Shown: positions 43,303-51,955 of the stretch, in pieces
Position numbering within the stretch: the first letter of the stretch is position 1
Layout: every line of letters starts with the position of its first letter
Source of the DNA: a virus
Strand: one strand, 5' to 3'
Virus record (IMG/VR): IMGVR_UViG_3300021962_000061
Location: 25,598 to 89,597 of that record
DNA length: 64,000 nt
Position numbers and translations under genes: made by a program
The notes under the pieces: model-generated
What the model saw: the letters and a program-made list of their open reading frames with translations, nothing else
Told to the model about the DNA's origin: nothing
Database searches by the model: none

Positions 43303-43884
43303 TTAAGAATCGCGTGGTTTTGCGAGCAAACACTGGGTGGCTTGGGCGCGGTTTGAGATGAAATGGTCAAGAACCTGGAACCTGGAATCGATATACCGTC
43401 CAAACTCTTCTAATGTCCATTCTCTTACATGACAGATGTTATCAGGTGGACCATCATGCCCTCTTTGAAATAACATTCGCTCAGGAGTAGAGAAGACAAT
43501 CAGCTTTGGCTTAGCAGCCTCGATTGTATCTAAGAGAGGGTCTGGATCAGGAATGTGTTCAATGACATCAGAGCAAATAATCATATCGTAGTTTGGGAAG
43601 ACTTCAAAACTATCAGACCATTGATGATTAGGATATGTCTTCTTTAACCAATCGACTGTTGGTTTAAGATCAGTACCAAGAGTATCAACATCACCAAAGT
43701 TCTTTAGGAGCTTATAGCCAGACCCAGTTCCAATATCCCAGACACTCTTTAGACTGTAGAGGTCAAATTTCTGACGAGCATACTCATAAACCTCTTTCTG
43801 CCACTCGTCTTTCATATTGGTGTCGTTATAAAACATATTGTCTAAACGAACCTTATAGCCTTCTTTTATAAAATAGTTTTTCAT
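43303..43884 (-). CDS. class I SAM-dependent methyltransferase
   Basis: VWDIGTGSG, YDMIICSDVIEHIPDP, FSTP, HVREW. Confidence 0.85.
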   Translation of the reverse strand: MKNYFIKEGYKVRLDNMFYNDTNMKDEWQKEVYEYARQKFDLYSLKSVWDIGTGSGYKLLKNFGDVDTLGTDLKPTVDWLKKTYPNHQWSDSFEVFPNYDMIICSDVIEHIPDPDPLLDTIEAAKPKLIVFSTPERMLFQRGHDGPPDNICHVREWTLEEFGRYIDSRFQVLDHFISNRAQATQCLLAKPRDS

Positions 43885-44519
43885 TGTTTATGTATTACCA
43901 TTGATCCATCTTCAATTGATAAGTTATAATCACCATCAATGTTAGCTAAGTATTCATCAACAGCCAACTTGCAACCAGGCCAGTCTGAGTAATCATCGAC
44001 AATGATATAGCCACCTTTAACAACTTTAGGGTAGAGAACTTCCAGTTCCTTCTTAGTAGAAGAGTACCAATCAGTATCTAACCTACATAGGGCAATTGCA
44101 TCAGGCCCAAATTCTTCTAGCGTATATTCAACCTTTCCGGGAACTAGATAGCAATGATCGCTATATGTTTCCGAAACCTGCCTAAGAGTGCTTCTTACCT
44201 CTTCCAGTCCAGCTCTACACCAATCAGAGTACTCACCATCTTTCTTTTCGTTATATCTTCTTAGAGCCTCTGGATGGTCTTTGTCACCAGGCTCTGGCAT
44301 ACCTTCAAAAGTATCGTAAATGAAGATCAATTTGTTAAGTTTGTAGTCTAAGACATATTGGAGCATTAGGGCGGCAAGGCCACCTTTCCACGTACCACAC
44401 TCTACAATATGTCCTAGAATATTACTTTCAATAACCCGCTTCAAACAACTATCCAATGATTGGATTCTCTTCTCACTGCACATTGTATTTTTGGTCACTA
44501 TCTCATTCAAATTAAACAT
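43881..44519 (-). CDS. TylF/MycF-family sugar O-methyltransferase
   Basis: G.IVECGTWKGG, YDTFEGMP, IAL.RLDTDWY.ST, GG.IIVDDY..WPGC..AVDEY. Confidence 0.88.
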   Translation of the reverse strand: MFNLNEIVTKNTMCSEKRIQSLDSCLKRVIESNILGHIVECGTWKGGLAALMLQYVLDYKLNKLIFIYDTFEGMPEPGDKDHPEALRRYNEKKDGEYSDWCRAGLEEVRSTLRQVSETYSDHCYLVPGKVEYTLEEFGPDAIALCRLDTDWYSSTKKELEVLYPKVVKGGYIIVDDYSDWPGCKLAVDEYLANIDGDYNLSIEDGSMVIHKQ

Positions 44520-45276
44520 CCTCTTTACATCCTTTAAGACTTTTCTGGTGGGTATATAAGAATTTATTTCCACTGGCATCTTCGCCTCTATGGTACCTCC
44601 TTCCTACACCGTGAGGTTTAGATACATCTACAGTAGATCTTTCAGTACCAAGCGCAGCTGCAGCTTTCCTTTCACCATCAACATCTTCACTTGAGAGCAC
44701 CTCATCACCTTCCACAATCTTGTAATTGTCTATAAACAATCTTGGATAAGGAAGAACAGCTGACAAAACATCACCTTTCTTAATTTCAATTGGATGGTTT
44801 GGGCGAGTGATTCTTAAGTTAAATGTAAAGTCTCTTCTAAGATTGTCTGTCTCAATAACACCCATCATATTCTGAATACCATCAATACACATATTTGGAG
44901 GCTGTATTGTTATTAAGCTGACATTTGGAGGAGTGCGAAGGGAAAATACTGTTTGGATAGTAACTGTTGCCATTCCAAAATGTGATTTTACTGTTTGTAA
45001 ATTTAACGGATTGTTGTAGGCATCCATATCGTGGATTGTTACAGTAACATCATCTCGGGTTTTACCCCCGTTCCAAATTACTGAGAAATCATGTACTGAC
45101 TTTAACCCAAACCCATGCTGATTACCCATAACAAGTGGAAGACATCTATATGCATGAGTATTGAACCAATCACGTTTGACCATTCCATTAAAATTAAAGA
45201 ATACATCACCAACACGATTGGCAAATCTTGAATCGTACGGTATAGCAACTATTGTACTTTCAGGGACTACTATCAT
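44512..45276 (-). CDS. DUF6065-like protein (dUTPase-like fold)
   Basis: RDWF..HAYRCLPL..GNQ.G, SHFG, LRTPP, PPN, GVIETD...FTFN. Confidence 0.65.
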   Translation of the reverse strand: MIVVPESTIVAIPYDSRFANRVGDVFFNFNGMVKRDWFNTHAYRCLPLVMGNQHGFGLKSVHDFSVIWNGGKTRDDVTVTIHDMDAYNNPLNLQTVKSHFGMATVTIQTVFSLRTPPNVSLITIQPPNMCIDGIQNMMGVIETDNLRRDFTFNLRITRPNHPIEIKKGDVLSAVLPYPRLFIDNYKIVEGDEVLSSEDVDGERKAAAALGTERSTVDVSKPHGVGRRYHRGEDASGNKFLYTHQKSLKGCKEDV

Positions 45277-45280
45277 GGTG

Positions 45281-45898
45281 TCAAAAAATTCTATATTCTT
45301 TCGTTTGATCAAAAGTTATGAATGTGGCTATTGTATGTCTAGTGCCACTTGTTACTGGACGAATACCATGTAGGTATTGTAGTGTACCAGGGAATACCAT
45401 AAATGTACCTGGTACAGGTTTTAGTGTAATATCTTGGTTGGGAAAAAATATTTCTCCCCCACCATAATCATTATTTAGATATATTACGGAACCAAAATCA
45501 CGATACGTAAATCTATGGGGGCTGCCATCAGGATTTTCATTATCAGCATGGGGCCTAAGCTCATATCCAACTGGCCATCTGGCGAAATTAATTAAATCTA
45601 CATACAGTGGAGGCTGAGGACCAAGGTGGATGTCTAGTAATTGTTGAATCGTAGTGGTTATCTTGAATCTAATTTCTCTAAACATGTCACGGATATCAGT
45701 ATTGACAATTCTTTTAGCATCTAATGTGCGACCTTGCCAGTACTCTTTTATATCTAGATTTCCAAATCCAGAATTTGCTTCTTCAGTGTTGAGGTAGAGT
45801 AGCAGCTGTTGTGTCTGCTCTTGCGAGATAAAATTTGTTACGCTGTAGGGGAAAACAGGTAATGCATCAATTTGTGATCGAGTCGCTTTGTATTCCAT
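45281..45898 (-). CDS. 2OG-Fe(II) oxygenase (prolyl 4-hydroxylase-like)
   Basis: PHAD, IYLN.DY.GGE..FP, HGI.PVTSG.R.T. Confidence 0.88.
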   Translation of the reverse strand: MEYKATRSQIDALPVFPYSVTNFISQEQTQQLLLYLNTEEANSGFGNLDIKEYWQGRTLDAKRIVNTDIRDMFREIRFKITTTIQQLLDIHLGPQPPLYVDLINFARWPVGYELRPHADNENPDGSPHRFTYRDFGSVIYLNNDYGGGEIFFPNQDITLKPVPGTFMVFPGTLQYLHGIRPVTSGTRHTIATFITFDQTKEYRIF

Positions 45899-45905
45899 AA
45901 GCCAA

Positions 45906-45913
45906 TATTTATA
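45906..45913 (-). promoter_or_regulatory. T4-type late promoter TATAAATA
   Basis: exact match heading the oxygenase-DUF6065-TylF-methyltransferase cassette. Confidence 0.65.
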
Positions 45914-45916
45914 TCA

Positions 45917-46144
45917 TTAAATGTTATGCTCCTTAACAAACTGCTCAAACTGCTGAAACAATTTATCGAACTTGGCTTCATATAGAGACTCAATACCCAT
46001 CAGCATGTTCGCAATTTTATCTTCGCGATCTGCCTCAAGAGGAGCATCAAGAAGATACTCAGTGACAGTCTTAATGTCACTAGTAACATTCCAGCATGAC
46101 ATGATCTGTTGTTCAAAATCAAAGCGATTAAACCTGCTCATCAT
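45917..46144 (-). CDS. conserved phage hypothetical protein
   Basis: RFD.EQ.IM.CW.V..D, N.L.G...LY..KF..L motif. Confidence 0.65.
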   Translation of the reverse strand: MMSRFNRFDFEQQIMSCWNVTSDIKTVTEYLLDAPLEADREDKIANMLMGIESLYEAKFDKLFQQFEQFVKEHNI

Positions 46145-46389
46145 TGCACCTCAAAGAAAATGCCATCCTCTTTACTCATGATGCGAGAGACTGGTCGACC
46201 TTCAATCATGTAACCATGATCAATAAAAGGACCACCACTCGGATCAACAAAGCCAAGATTGTTCATGTCAATACCATCTTGACCTTCAATACCACCCATG
46301 CGCCAATAACTCAACTCACCAACAATCTTGTAGGTGTTGTCATTGATCTTTTCGAAATTGTATTCATTGCCGTAGCGATTTTTCATCAT
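46141..46389 (-). CDS. conserved phage hypothetical protein
   Basis: NRYG..Y.F, FVDPSGGPFI motif. Confidence 0.65.
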   Translation of the reverse strand: MMKNRYGNEYNFEKINDNTYKIVGELSYWRMGGIEGQDGIDMNNLGFVDPSGGPFIDHGYMIEGRPVSRIMSKEDGIFFEVQ

Positions 46390-46751
46390 TGCACACTCCG
46401 ATAAGTCTGTTCGGTCTCACGAACCCAGAACGCAGCATCTTCGGATTCTGAATCCCAATCTGAGTCAGCATCATACTGAGCAAGGACTTGTTGTGTCGTC
46501 AGAAGATCATCCAAGTACGAGCGACCAAATTGAGCAAGACGCTCTTGAACGTCCTCACATGCAAAGTCTGAATCCCAATCAAACTCGGCTTGGAACGAAT
46601 CACAGTGATCGCAAGAGCCAAACGCACCCTGCGTCCAGCCACGCTCACCTTGATACTCAACTAGCGCGACCCATGAACCTTGCCAGTCACCAAACTCCTG
46701 GAACGCGATTACTCGCGCACCAGCAGCTTGTAACGCTTGTTGATACGACAT
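46386..46751 (-). CDS. hypothetical protein
   Basis: GDWQG.W, FGSC..CD motif; GAGG RBS. Confidence 0.6.
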   Translation of the reverse strand: MSYQQALQAAGARVIAFQEFGDWQGSWVALVEYQGERGWTQGAFGSCDHCDSFQAEFDWDSDFACEDVQERLAQFGRSYLDDLLTTQQVLAQYDADSDWDSESEDAAFWVRETEQTYRSVQ

Positions 46752-46769
46752 ATAATGTACCTCACATAG

Positions 46770-47012
46770 TTAAGACTTAACAGCTACGACTCGAACGTAG
46801 CAATTGCCAGTCGTGTAAACTTGATTGCTGAAACCTGACTCTTGAAACTTACTCTTAACAATGTCCAAAGCAGCATCAACGTTAGTTGGAAAAAAGAAGC
46901 CAAGAGTCCGCATATCAGGATCAGCCACTGTGTTTGTAAAAAGAGGACTGACCGAAAACGTCTGCTTGAAAAGCTTCCGAATCTGTTTCGTGTTAGCGAT
47001 TGTTGTATTCAT
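46770..47012 (-). CDS. hypothetical protein
   Basis: coupled ORF, ATG 47012. Confidence 0.5.
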   Translation of the reverse strand: MNTTIANTKQIRKLFKQTFSVSPLFTNTVADPDMRTLGFFFPTNVDAALDIVKSKFQESGFSNQVYTTGNCYVRVVAVKS

Positions 47013-47326
47013 TAGAGACCCACCCATCGATGATTGATATATGAACTAGTATCCAGCACATTGCCACGAGCAAAGTTCTTCGCAGGTTGTGCCCACGTAG
47101 CAGCCTTCAGAATGTCGCCATACTTCCAACTATCGTGCTCCTTGATGCATATAAAACTATGCACCGACTTCGAGCCCCATGACGTGCTAACGACTTTCAG
47201 AAACTTGCGACCCTTGTCGAAAGAAACTTGATACTGACCATCTGAGCCCGTCTTGTTATATGTTGCAACAAGATGGTCAGCATACTTGTAAAGAGCCATG
47301 TCAAAATCATAATTTTCAAACAACAT
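47012..47326 (-). CDS. conserved T4-like hypothetical protein
   Basis: GRKF.KV, SVHSF, GDILKAATW..PAKN.ARGN. Confidence 0.72.
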   Translation of the reverse strand: MLFENYDFDMALYKYADHLVATYNKTGSDGQYQVSFDKGRKFLKVVSTSWGSKSVHSFICIKEHDSWKYGDILKAATWAQPAKNFARGNVLDTSSYINHRWVGL

Positions 47327-47338
47327 TGTATAATCCTC

Positions 47339-47722
47339 TTAGGCAACCATATCGCCAATGTTACGACCACTCAGGTAACCAAACGGTACGCCAAGATGAA
47401 ACTCGAGATACTCAACATCGCCGTTCGTATTGTAGACGTCGTGCAAGTATCGAATTGCATCATCTCGAGTGCAACCAATGATCGTCGACTGCATGAACTT
47501 GATTCGGTCCTCAAGATCATGGATAGCCTCGATCTGATACTCGCGCTCGTTCTCGACAGCACGCTCAGCATCATCAAGTAGAGCATCCCACATGCGCTGC
47601 TTACCGTCGTTGTCAGTTAGACTCCACTCAGCCCAGAAGCGCTCACCAGGACGGAAGCCGTAAGCATCCTTGTGGAGGTCGGAAACGATGTTCTCGTCAA
47701 ATGTGTATTCGCGTTTGTTCAT
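47339..47722 (-). CDS. conserved hypothetical early protein, probably leaderless
   Basis: SDLHKDAYGFRP motif; ATG 47722 is 7 nt after TATAGT. Confidence 0.7.
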   Translation of the reverse strand: MNKREYTFDENIVSDLHKDAYGFRPGERFWAEWSLTDNDGKQRMWDALLDDAERAVENEREYQIEAIHDLEDRIKFMQSTIIGCTRDDAIRYLHDVYNTNGDVEYLEFHLGVPFGYLSGRNIGDMVA

Positions 47723-47729
47723 GTCGCCC

Positions 47730-47827
47730 ACTATACGCGGTTGGTCAATTAAGACAACACGTAGAATCAAGGAGTTACAAGAACTACGCTAACTCGTTGA
47801 TTTTTAAGGATTCGTAACCTATTGATT
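47730..47827 (-). promoter_or_regulatory. repeated early promoter copy 2 with three IHF-consensus sites
   Basis: TTGTCT-16-TATAGT; IHF matches at 47765-47777, 47790-47802, 47815-47827; near-identical to 43198-43300. Confidence 0.7.
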
Positions 47828-48380
47828 CTAAAGGACTTTTTAAAACTACGGAATTTAGGACCTGGTTTGGTAGGATATCGACCATCAAATGCACCCTACC
47901 GATATCTGTAGGGTTCTGAACGCCATGCTCAACTAGGTTGTTAAGTTCATATATCCACCCTCTTTTCAAATGCACTTTCTTATTTGTAAGAGTGAATAAG
48001 ATGTCTGGATGTGTAATGATTGGAATATGGAGTCTATGGGTGTTGTTGAACCAGCCACCATCTGTATGTGGTAAGATGTTTGTTCTTGGTTTTAGCTTAA
48101 CAAGGACAATTGCACCAGCCTTTCTATTATAGAACATCTCTAGCTTATCTATAAGAGGCTTAACTACTTTCCACATTTCTGTATCTTGATTATAGGTCTT
48201 TGGCTCTTCACCATACTCAGAGAACATAAATGGGTAAGACTCTGTGGCAGAATGAACTTTGTATCTATTCTGCCTCAGGTCCCACTCAACCCATTGTTCT
48301 TGAGTTAGATTGTTTATATGCTGCTCAATCTTAGAAGTGTCTACCTCTCCTACTTTGTAAAGCAAGCCTGGTAATTTCAT
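47784..48380 (-). CDS. aspartyl/asparaginyl beta-hydroxylase-family 2OG-Fe(II) oxygenase
   Basis: I.PHTD, HRLHIPIIT, YELNN...HGV.N....RVHL.VD. Confidence 0.82.
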   Translation of the reverse strand: MKLPGLLYKVGEVDTSKIEQHINNLTQEQWVEWDLRQNRYKVHSATESYPFMFSEYGEEPKTYNQDTEMWKVVKPLIDKLEMFYNRKAGAIVLVKLKPRTNILPHTDGGWFNNTHRLHIPIITHPDILFTLTNKKVHLKRGWIYELNNLVEHGVQNPTDIGRVHLMVDILPNQVLNSVVLKSPLESIGYESLKINELA

Positions 48381-48946
48381 TAGATTGGAAAGATTCTACT
48401 ATGCTTTGGAATCCTACTAATTAGGAATTCCATCTGATCAGCTAAGATCTTCTTGTTCCGCAAAATCATCTTTTCAAAGATGTTTGGAACGTATGGAACA
48501 TATAAAAGATGCATCTTTGCTTCTTCAGGAGTCTTGTTGCCCTTCCTGTGATTGCATGGCTTACATGCGGCCACGACGTTAGTCCATAGGTTCTTACCAC
48601 CTCTAGAGCGAGGATGGACATGATCGATTGTTAGCTCCTTAGGAGCAAACTGATCACCACAGTAAGCGCAAAGGTGCCGGTCGCGTGAATATAGAACATA
48701 GCGATCAGCATAGATTGATTCCTTATCGTAAAAAGCTGATCCAAGGATTGGACCAGAAACACCCAGAATCGAAGAAATAGTAACCTTAGATTGTTCTCCT
48801 AGGTTGTTGATGCCGCCGTAGAATTCCTTTATCTGGGAACCAATTTCCCAGAGAACTTTGTTCTTGGCATAGTAACAAACAGCTGTTTCAAAGTTAACCC
48901 AATCTTTTGGGGTACCGGCACTATCGGCAATCAACACAAGGGACAC
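48380..48946 (-). CDS. HNH endonuclease (McrA-like)
   Basis: RD.H.CAYCG, TIDHV.P.SRGG...W.NVV.AC..CN..KG.KTPEEA.M; GTG start with AGGAG. Confidence 0.9.
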   Translation of the reverse strand: MSLVLIADSAGTPKDWVNFETAVCYYAKNKVLWEIGSQIKEFYGGINNLGEQSKVTISSILGVSGPILGSAFYDKESIYADRYVLYSRDRHLCAYCGDQFAPKELTIDHVHPRSRGGKNLWTNVVAACKPCNHRKGNKTPEEAKMHLLYVPYVPNIFEKMILRNKKILADQMEFLISRIPKHSRIFPI

Positions 48947-48978
48947 AATAAACTCCTAATGGTCAACTAATAATATTT

Positions 48979-49007
48979 ATTATACTAGCCCTTGGTATTG
49001 GAATCAA
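48979..49007 (-). promoter_or_regulatory. sigma70-like promoter upstream of HNH gene
   Basis: TTGATT-17-TATAAT, overlapping a late-like AATAAATA. Confidence 0.55.
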
Positions 49008-49152
49008 CAGATAACTTTTCTAGTTGTTCTTTCCAATTAATCAGCGTAACGTAGTATTGAAATCTTCTAGGTTCAGTTGTCGGATCAGGCAATTGGTCAC
49101 CGTATTGCTCAACGAGCCTTTCGTACTTTTCTTTCACTTGCTCGTTGTCCAT
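48985..49152 (-). CDS. small conserved phage protein (55 aa)
   Basis: below ORF-track cutoff: MDNEQVKEKYERLVEQYGDQLPDPTTEPRRFQYYV... Confidence 0.55.
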   Translation of the reverse strand: MDNEQVKEKYERLVEQYGDQLPDPTTEPRRFQYYVTLINWKEQLEKLSVDSNTKG

Positions 49153-49264
49153 CTTTCTTTTTATTATCCTTCTTACCGAAGATCTTTTCCCAGTTTTGTC
49201 TATAAGCGTCAGATGCTAATTTGGTCTGGATCGTGTCACCGGTTACATCATTCTTTGTCGCCAT
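49109..49264 (-). CDS. small conserved T4-like protein
   Basis: MATKNDVTGD.I.TK..S..Y..NW..IF motif; GGAG RBS. Confidence 0.62.
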   Translation of the reverse strand: MATKNDVTGDTIQTKLASDAYRQNWEKIFGKKDNKKKDGQRASERKVRKAR

Positions 49265-49775
49265 GTTTGACGTACTCCACAATTTCATATTTCGTTGTTC
49301 TGTCAACGTACACACTAATGTACTTGTCCTTGTTGCCTTCCAAAAGAGAGACCATCATTCTGTCTTTAATCAGAGCTTCATCGTATTTCTGGTTTCTTCC
49401 AGTCTCGATGTACTTCTTGGACTCCCTTTGGAGAACGATATTTATGTTGTCGTACGAATTCCAAACCTCATGAATAAACTTGTTAAAGTATTGAGGATAA
49501 TAATCTGGTGGCACATAAGCCAATCCTAAAAGAATTGGCGAGTCTGTAATAACATATTCCACTTTGCCTTTCAATCTAACAAGGCGTCTATTTTGGTGGG
49601 CCAGGACATAAAACTCATCATCTAAATAACTAAGATGACCCTCCCAGGTTATTTCCTTAGCATATTCATTCACTAGCTCTACGCTTGCCCCCTCGCGCTT
49701 CATCAAGGCGAATAGGTCGGCAGCAACAGTAGACTTACCAACGCCTGGCCCACCAAACAGATTAATTACTTTCAT
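49248..49775 (-). CDS. NadR-like/AAA_28 P-loop kinase
   Basis: INLFGGPGVGKST Walker A, EYAK, ITDSP, GRNQ. Confidence 0.78.
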   Translation of the reverse strand: MKVINLFGGPGVGKSTVAADLFALMKREGASVELVNEYAKEITWEGHLSYLDDEFYVLAHQNRRLVRLKGKVEYVITDSPILLGLAYVPPDYYPQYFNKFIHEVWNSYDNINIVLQRESKKYIETGRNQKYDEALIKDRMMVSLLEGNKDKYISVYVDRTTKYEIVEYVKHGDKE

Positions 49776-49999
49776 TCTATGATTTCTACTTCACTTTCTG
49801 TTACAACAGCAACTCTCGCACCACATGGAAGCAGTGGCTTGTCGTTACCGGAATATATTACTTCACTTGGTCCTAGTATCTTTACTTTCTTACAATATGT
49901 GTTCTTGCTACCACGCTTTACAGTAATAACGGCTTCTGATTTGTTGTTCTTTTTATTAGAACGGATCACATGCTGATTAACGTGAATGTATGTTTTCAT
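49772..49999 (-). CDS. conserved phage hypothetical protein
   Basis: IHVNQH.IR.N.K, ITVK, I.GPS..IY, PL.CGARV. Confidence 0.68.
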   Translation of the reverse strand: MKTYIHVNQHVIRSNKKNNKSEAVITVKRGSKNTYCKKVKILGPSEVIYSGNDKPLLPCGARVAVVTESEVEIIE

Positions 50000-50375
50000 A
50001 TAACTCAACTGCAACTTCACCCATAAAGTATTTGGCCGACTCATCATCAGACCATCCAGCTTCCATTAATTCTTCAAAACCTTCATAAAAAAGATTTTCA
50101 AACTCTTCGCGTTCATCTTCTGTAACTGACTCTGAATATTCAAACCATGTACCAACACCATCATCTGATTGTTGATCATAGACATCATAATCATATACAT
50201 CAAAACCATCTTCATTAGAACCAAATACTGGTGGTTCGTCTGATTCAACTATAACATAACCCCAGCGCCATATCTCTTCCACCTTAACCCACTTGTCGCT
50301 GTCACCATCTTTAGTGAACAACCATTGGTCAACAACTGATTTTTTATTTAGAGTTGATATTTTCCACAATGCCAT
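49977..50375 (-). CDS. acidic hypothetical protein
   Basis: 132-aa ORF, KKS...WRWG motif. Confidence 0.6.
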   Translation of the reverse strand: MALWKISTLNKKSVVDQWLFTKDGDSDKWVKVEEIWRWGYVIVESDEPPVFGSNEDGFDVYDYDVYDQQSDDGVGTWFEYSESVTEDEREEFENLFYEGFEELMEAGWSDDESAKYFMGEVAVELYENIHSR

Positions 50376-50394
50376 ATGTCACCTATATTTGAGT

Positions 50395-50478
50395 TGGTGC
50401 GAGAGAAGAGATTCGAACTCTTAAACCTTTCGGTACTAGTTCCTAAGACTAGCGCGTATACCGTTCCGCCACTCTCGC
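50395..50478 (-). tRNA. tRNA-Leu(TAG)
   Basis: cloverleaf with long variable arm, CTAGT-CTTAGGA-ACTAG, CCA encoded. Confidence 0.93.
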
Positions 50479-50488
50479 AGTATTGGGC

Positions 50489-50517
50489 ATTATATGTTAA
50501 TTTGTCTTACTAGTCAA
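50489..50517 (-). promoter_or_regulatory. sigma70-like promoter for tRNA-Leu
   Basis: TTGACT-17-TATAAT. Confidence 0.7.
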
Positions 50518-50521
50518 CAGA

Positions 50522-50611
50522 TGGCGGAAGCGGAAGGATTCGAACCTTCGAGTCCCGTAAAGGACTTCTAGTTTTCAAGACTAGCGTATTCAACCGCTCT
50601 ACCACACTTCC
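50522..50611 (-). tRNA. tRNA-Ser(TGA)
   Basis: long variable arm, CTAGT-CTTGAAA-ACTAG, G73-CCA. Confidence 0.93.
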
Positions 50612-50627
50612 GTCTGTTTAGTTGTAC

Positions 50628-50656
50628 ATTATATATGTTTTTAAGTATAACGTCAA
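50628..50656 (-). promoter_or_regulatory. sigma70-like promoter for tRNA-Ser
   Basis: TTGACG-17-TATAAT. Confidence 0.7.
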
Positions 50657-50662
50657 CACATA

Positions 50663-51307
50663 TTAGTCATTTGAATATTTCATTTTAGATCTAGGAGCAA
50701 AGATCATATTAATCACAACTCTTGTTTCATGATTGATAGGTGTAGACCCTGCATGTACAGTACATGATGGATAGATAATACCAGTTCCCTTTACGGGTGA
50801 CGCCTTTGCAATGCAATGGTCATTATCATTAAAGAACAAGGTATCTCCATCACTATCATTAACATAATACAAACAGGTTAAAAATGATGGGTCTCTGTTA
50901 TCTGGATGCGGTGCATTAAGACACCAGTGTGGTCTGATTGTTTGCATATTTGCCATTGCTCTAAACACCACATAATCAGAAGGTATCATCTTTTCATGCA
51001 CAAATTTAATTAAGTGAATTGATGCTGGAAATAAACTATTGAGTGGATTTGTGTTTGCGCTGAATTCTCTTTCAAATGTTGTTGTATGGTACTGAGGTTT
51101 ATCAAAATTGTAAAACTCTTGCGTAAACTTCTGAGTATCGTTTACATGGTACTCACCTATCTTATTTGCTTCGCCACCAACGCGCTCCCAATGCTTATAC
51201 TTTGTTGTTATTTTACAATACTGCCAATTTACTTTTACACTATGCAGTTCTTTATTAATTGGATCTGCTAGAGAGTTTGGTATTACAAATTTTGAAAATG
51301 AAGCCAT
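50663..51307 (-). CDS. 2OG-Fe(II) oxygenase-like protein
   Basis: PHPD, LYYVNDSDGDTLFF, HAGS.P....RVVIN. Confidence 0.8.
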   Translation of the reverse strand: MASFSKFVIPNSLADPINKELHSVKVNWQYCKITTKYKHWERVGGEANKIGEYHVNDTQKFTQEFYNFDKPQYHTTTFEREFSANTNPLNSLFPASIHLIKFVHEKMIPSDYVVFRAMANMQTIRPHWCLNAPHPDNRDPSFLTCLYYVNDSDGDTLFFNDNDHCIAKASPVKGTGIIYPSCTVHAGSTPINHETRVVINMIFAPRSKMKYSND

Positions 51308-51309
51308 AA

Positions 51310-51864
51310 TTATTTTGATCCAAAAATCATATTAATGACATACCTATTATTGTTAGTAACAGGCAGCTGTCCTGCATGAACAGTGTTTGAAGAAAACATT
51401 ACACCAGTACCTTTGATTGGTTGCGTTCTTAATACTTCTACTCCCTTGTCATAAAACAACGTACACCCATCACTATTGTTTACATAATACAAAAATGATA
51501 TTTTATCATCATCGTACGAATCAACATGGGGTAGATTTATCAGATAATTTTTTGTTTGTGTAGTTAGATTAGCCATTACGCGTAACGGTTTGTAGTTGGG
51601 TGGCATTACATTATTTTTCACCCAACCAATTAGAGGATAAACAAACTTGATATCCTCTTCATGACTTTTTGTTTTTGGATAGAAGTAGTGTGTTAATCTA
51701 GGGCTATCAAGAATTGGAAACTCTTGGGGTAAGATTTCTTCGTGACCTTTCTCTTCGCGTGTTAAAGTAGTACCAAAATAAAACCAGGGTATTTTTGTTC
51801 CTGTAACCCATTGTTCTACTTTATCGGCAATTTGATTTGGTATATTATCAATAACTTTTAGCAT
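51310..51864 (-). CDS. 2OG-Fe(II) oxygenase-like protein (paralog of 50663-51307)
   Basis: PHVD, LYYVNNSDG.TLF, HAG..P....RYVIN. Confidence 0.8.
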   Translation of the reverse strand: MLKVIDNIPNQIADKVEQWVTGTKIPWFYFGTTLTREEKGHEEILPQEFPILDSPRLTHYFYPKTKSHEEDIKFVYPLIGWVKNNVMPPNYKPLRVMANLTTQTKNYLINLPHVDSYDDDKISFLYYVNNSDGCTLFYDKGVEVLRTQPIKGTGVMFSSNTVHAGQLPVTNNNRYVINMIFGSK

Positions 51865-51874
51865 ACACTATAAA

Positions 51875-51950
<76 letters not shown>

Positions 51951-51955
51951 ATATT

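Noticed and set aside
48380-48946. HNH gene as an intron-borne homing endonuclease
   Set aside because: Free-standing with its own promoter and RBS; flanking genes are not halves of one gene.
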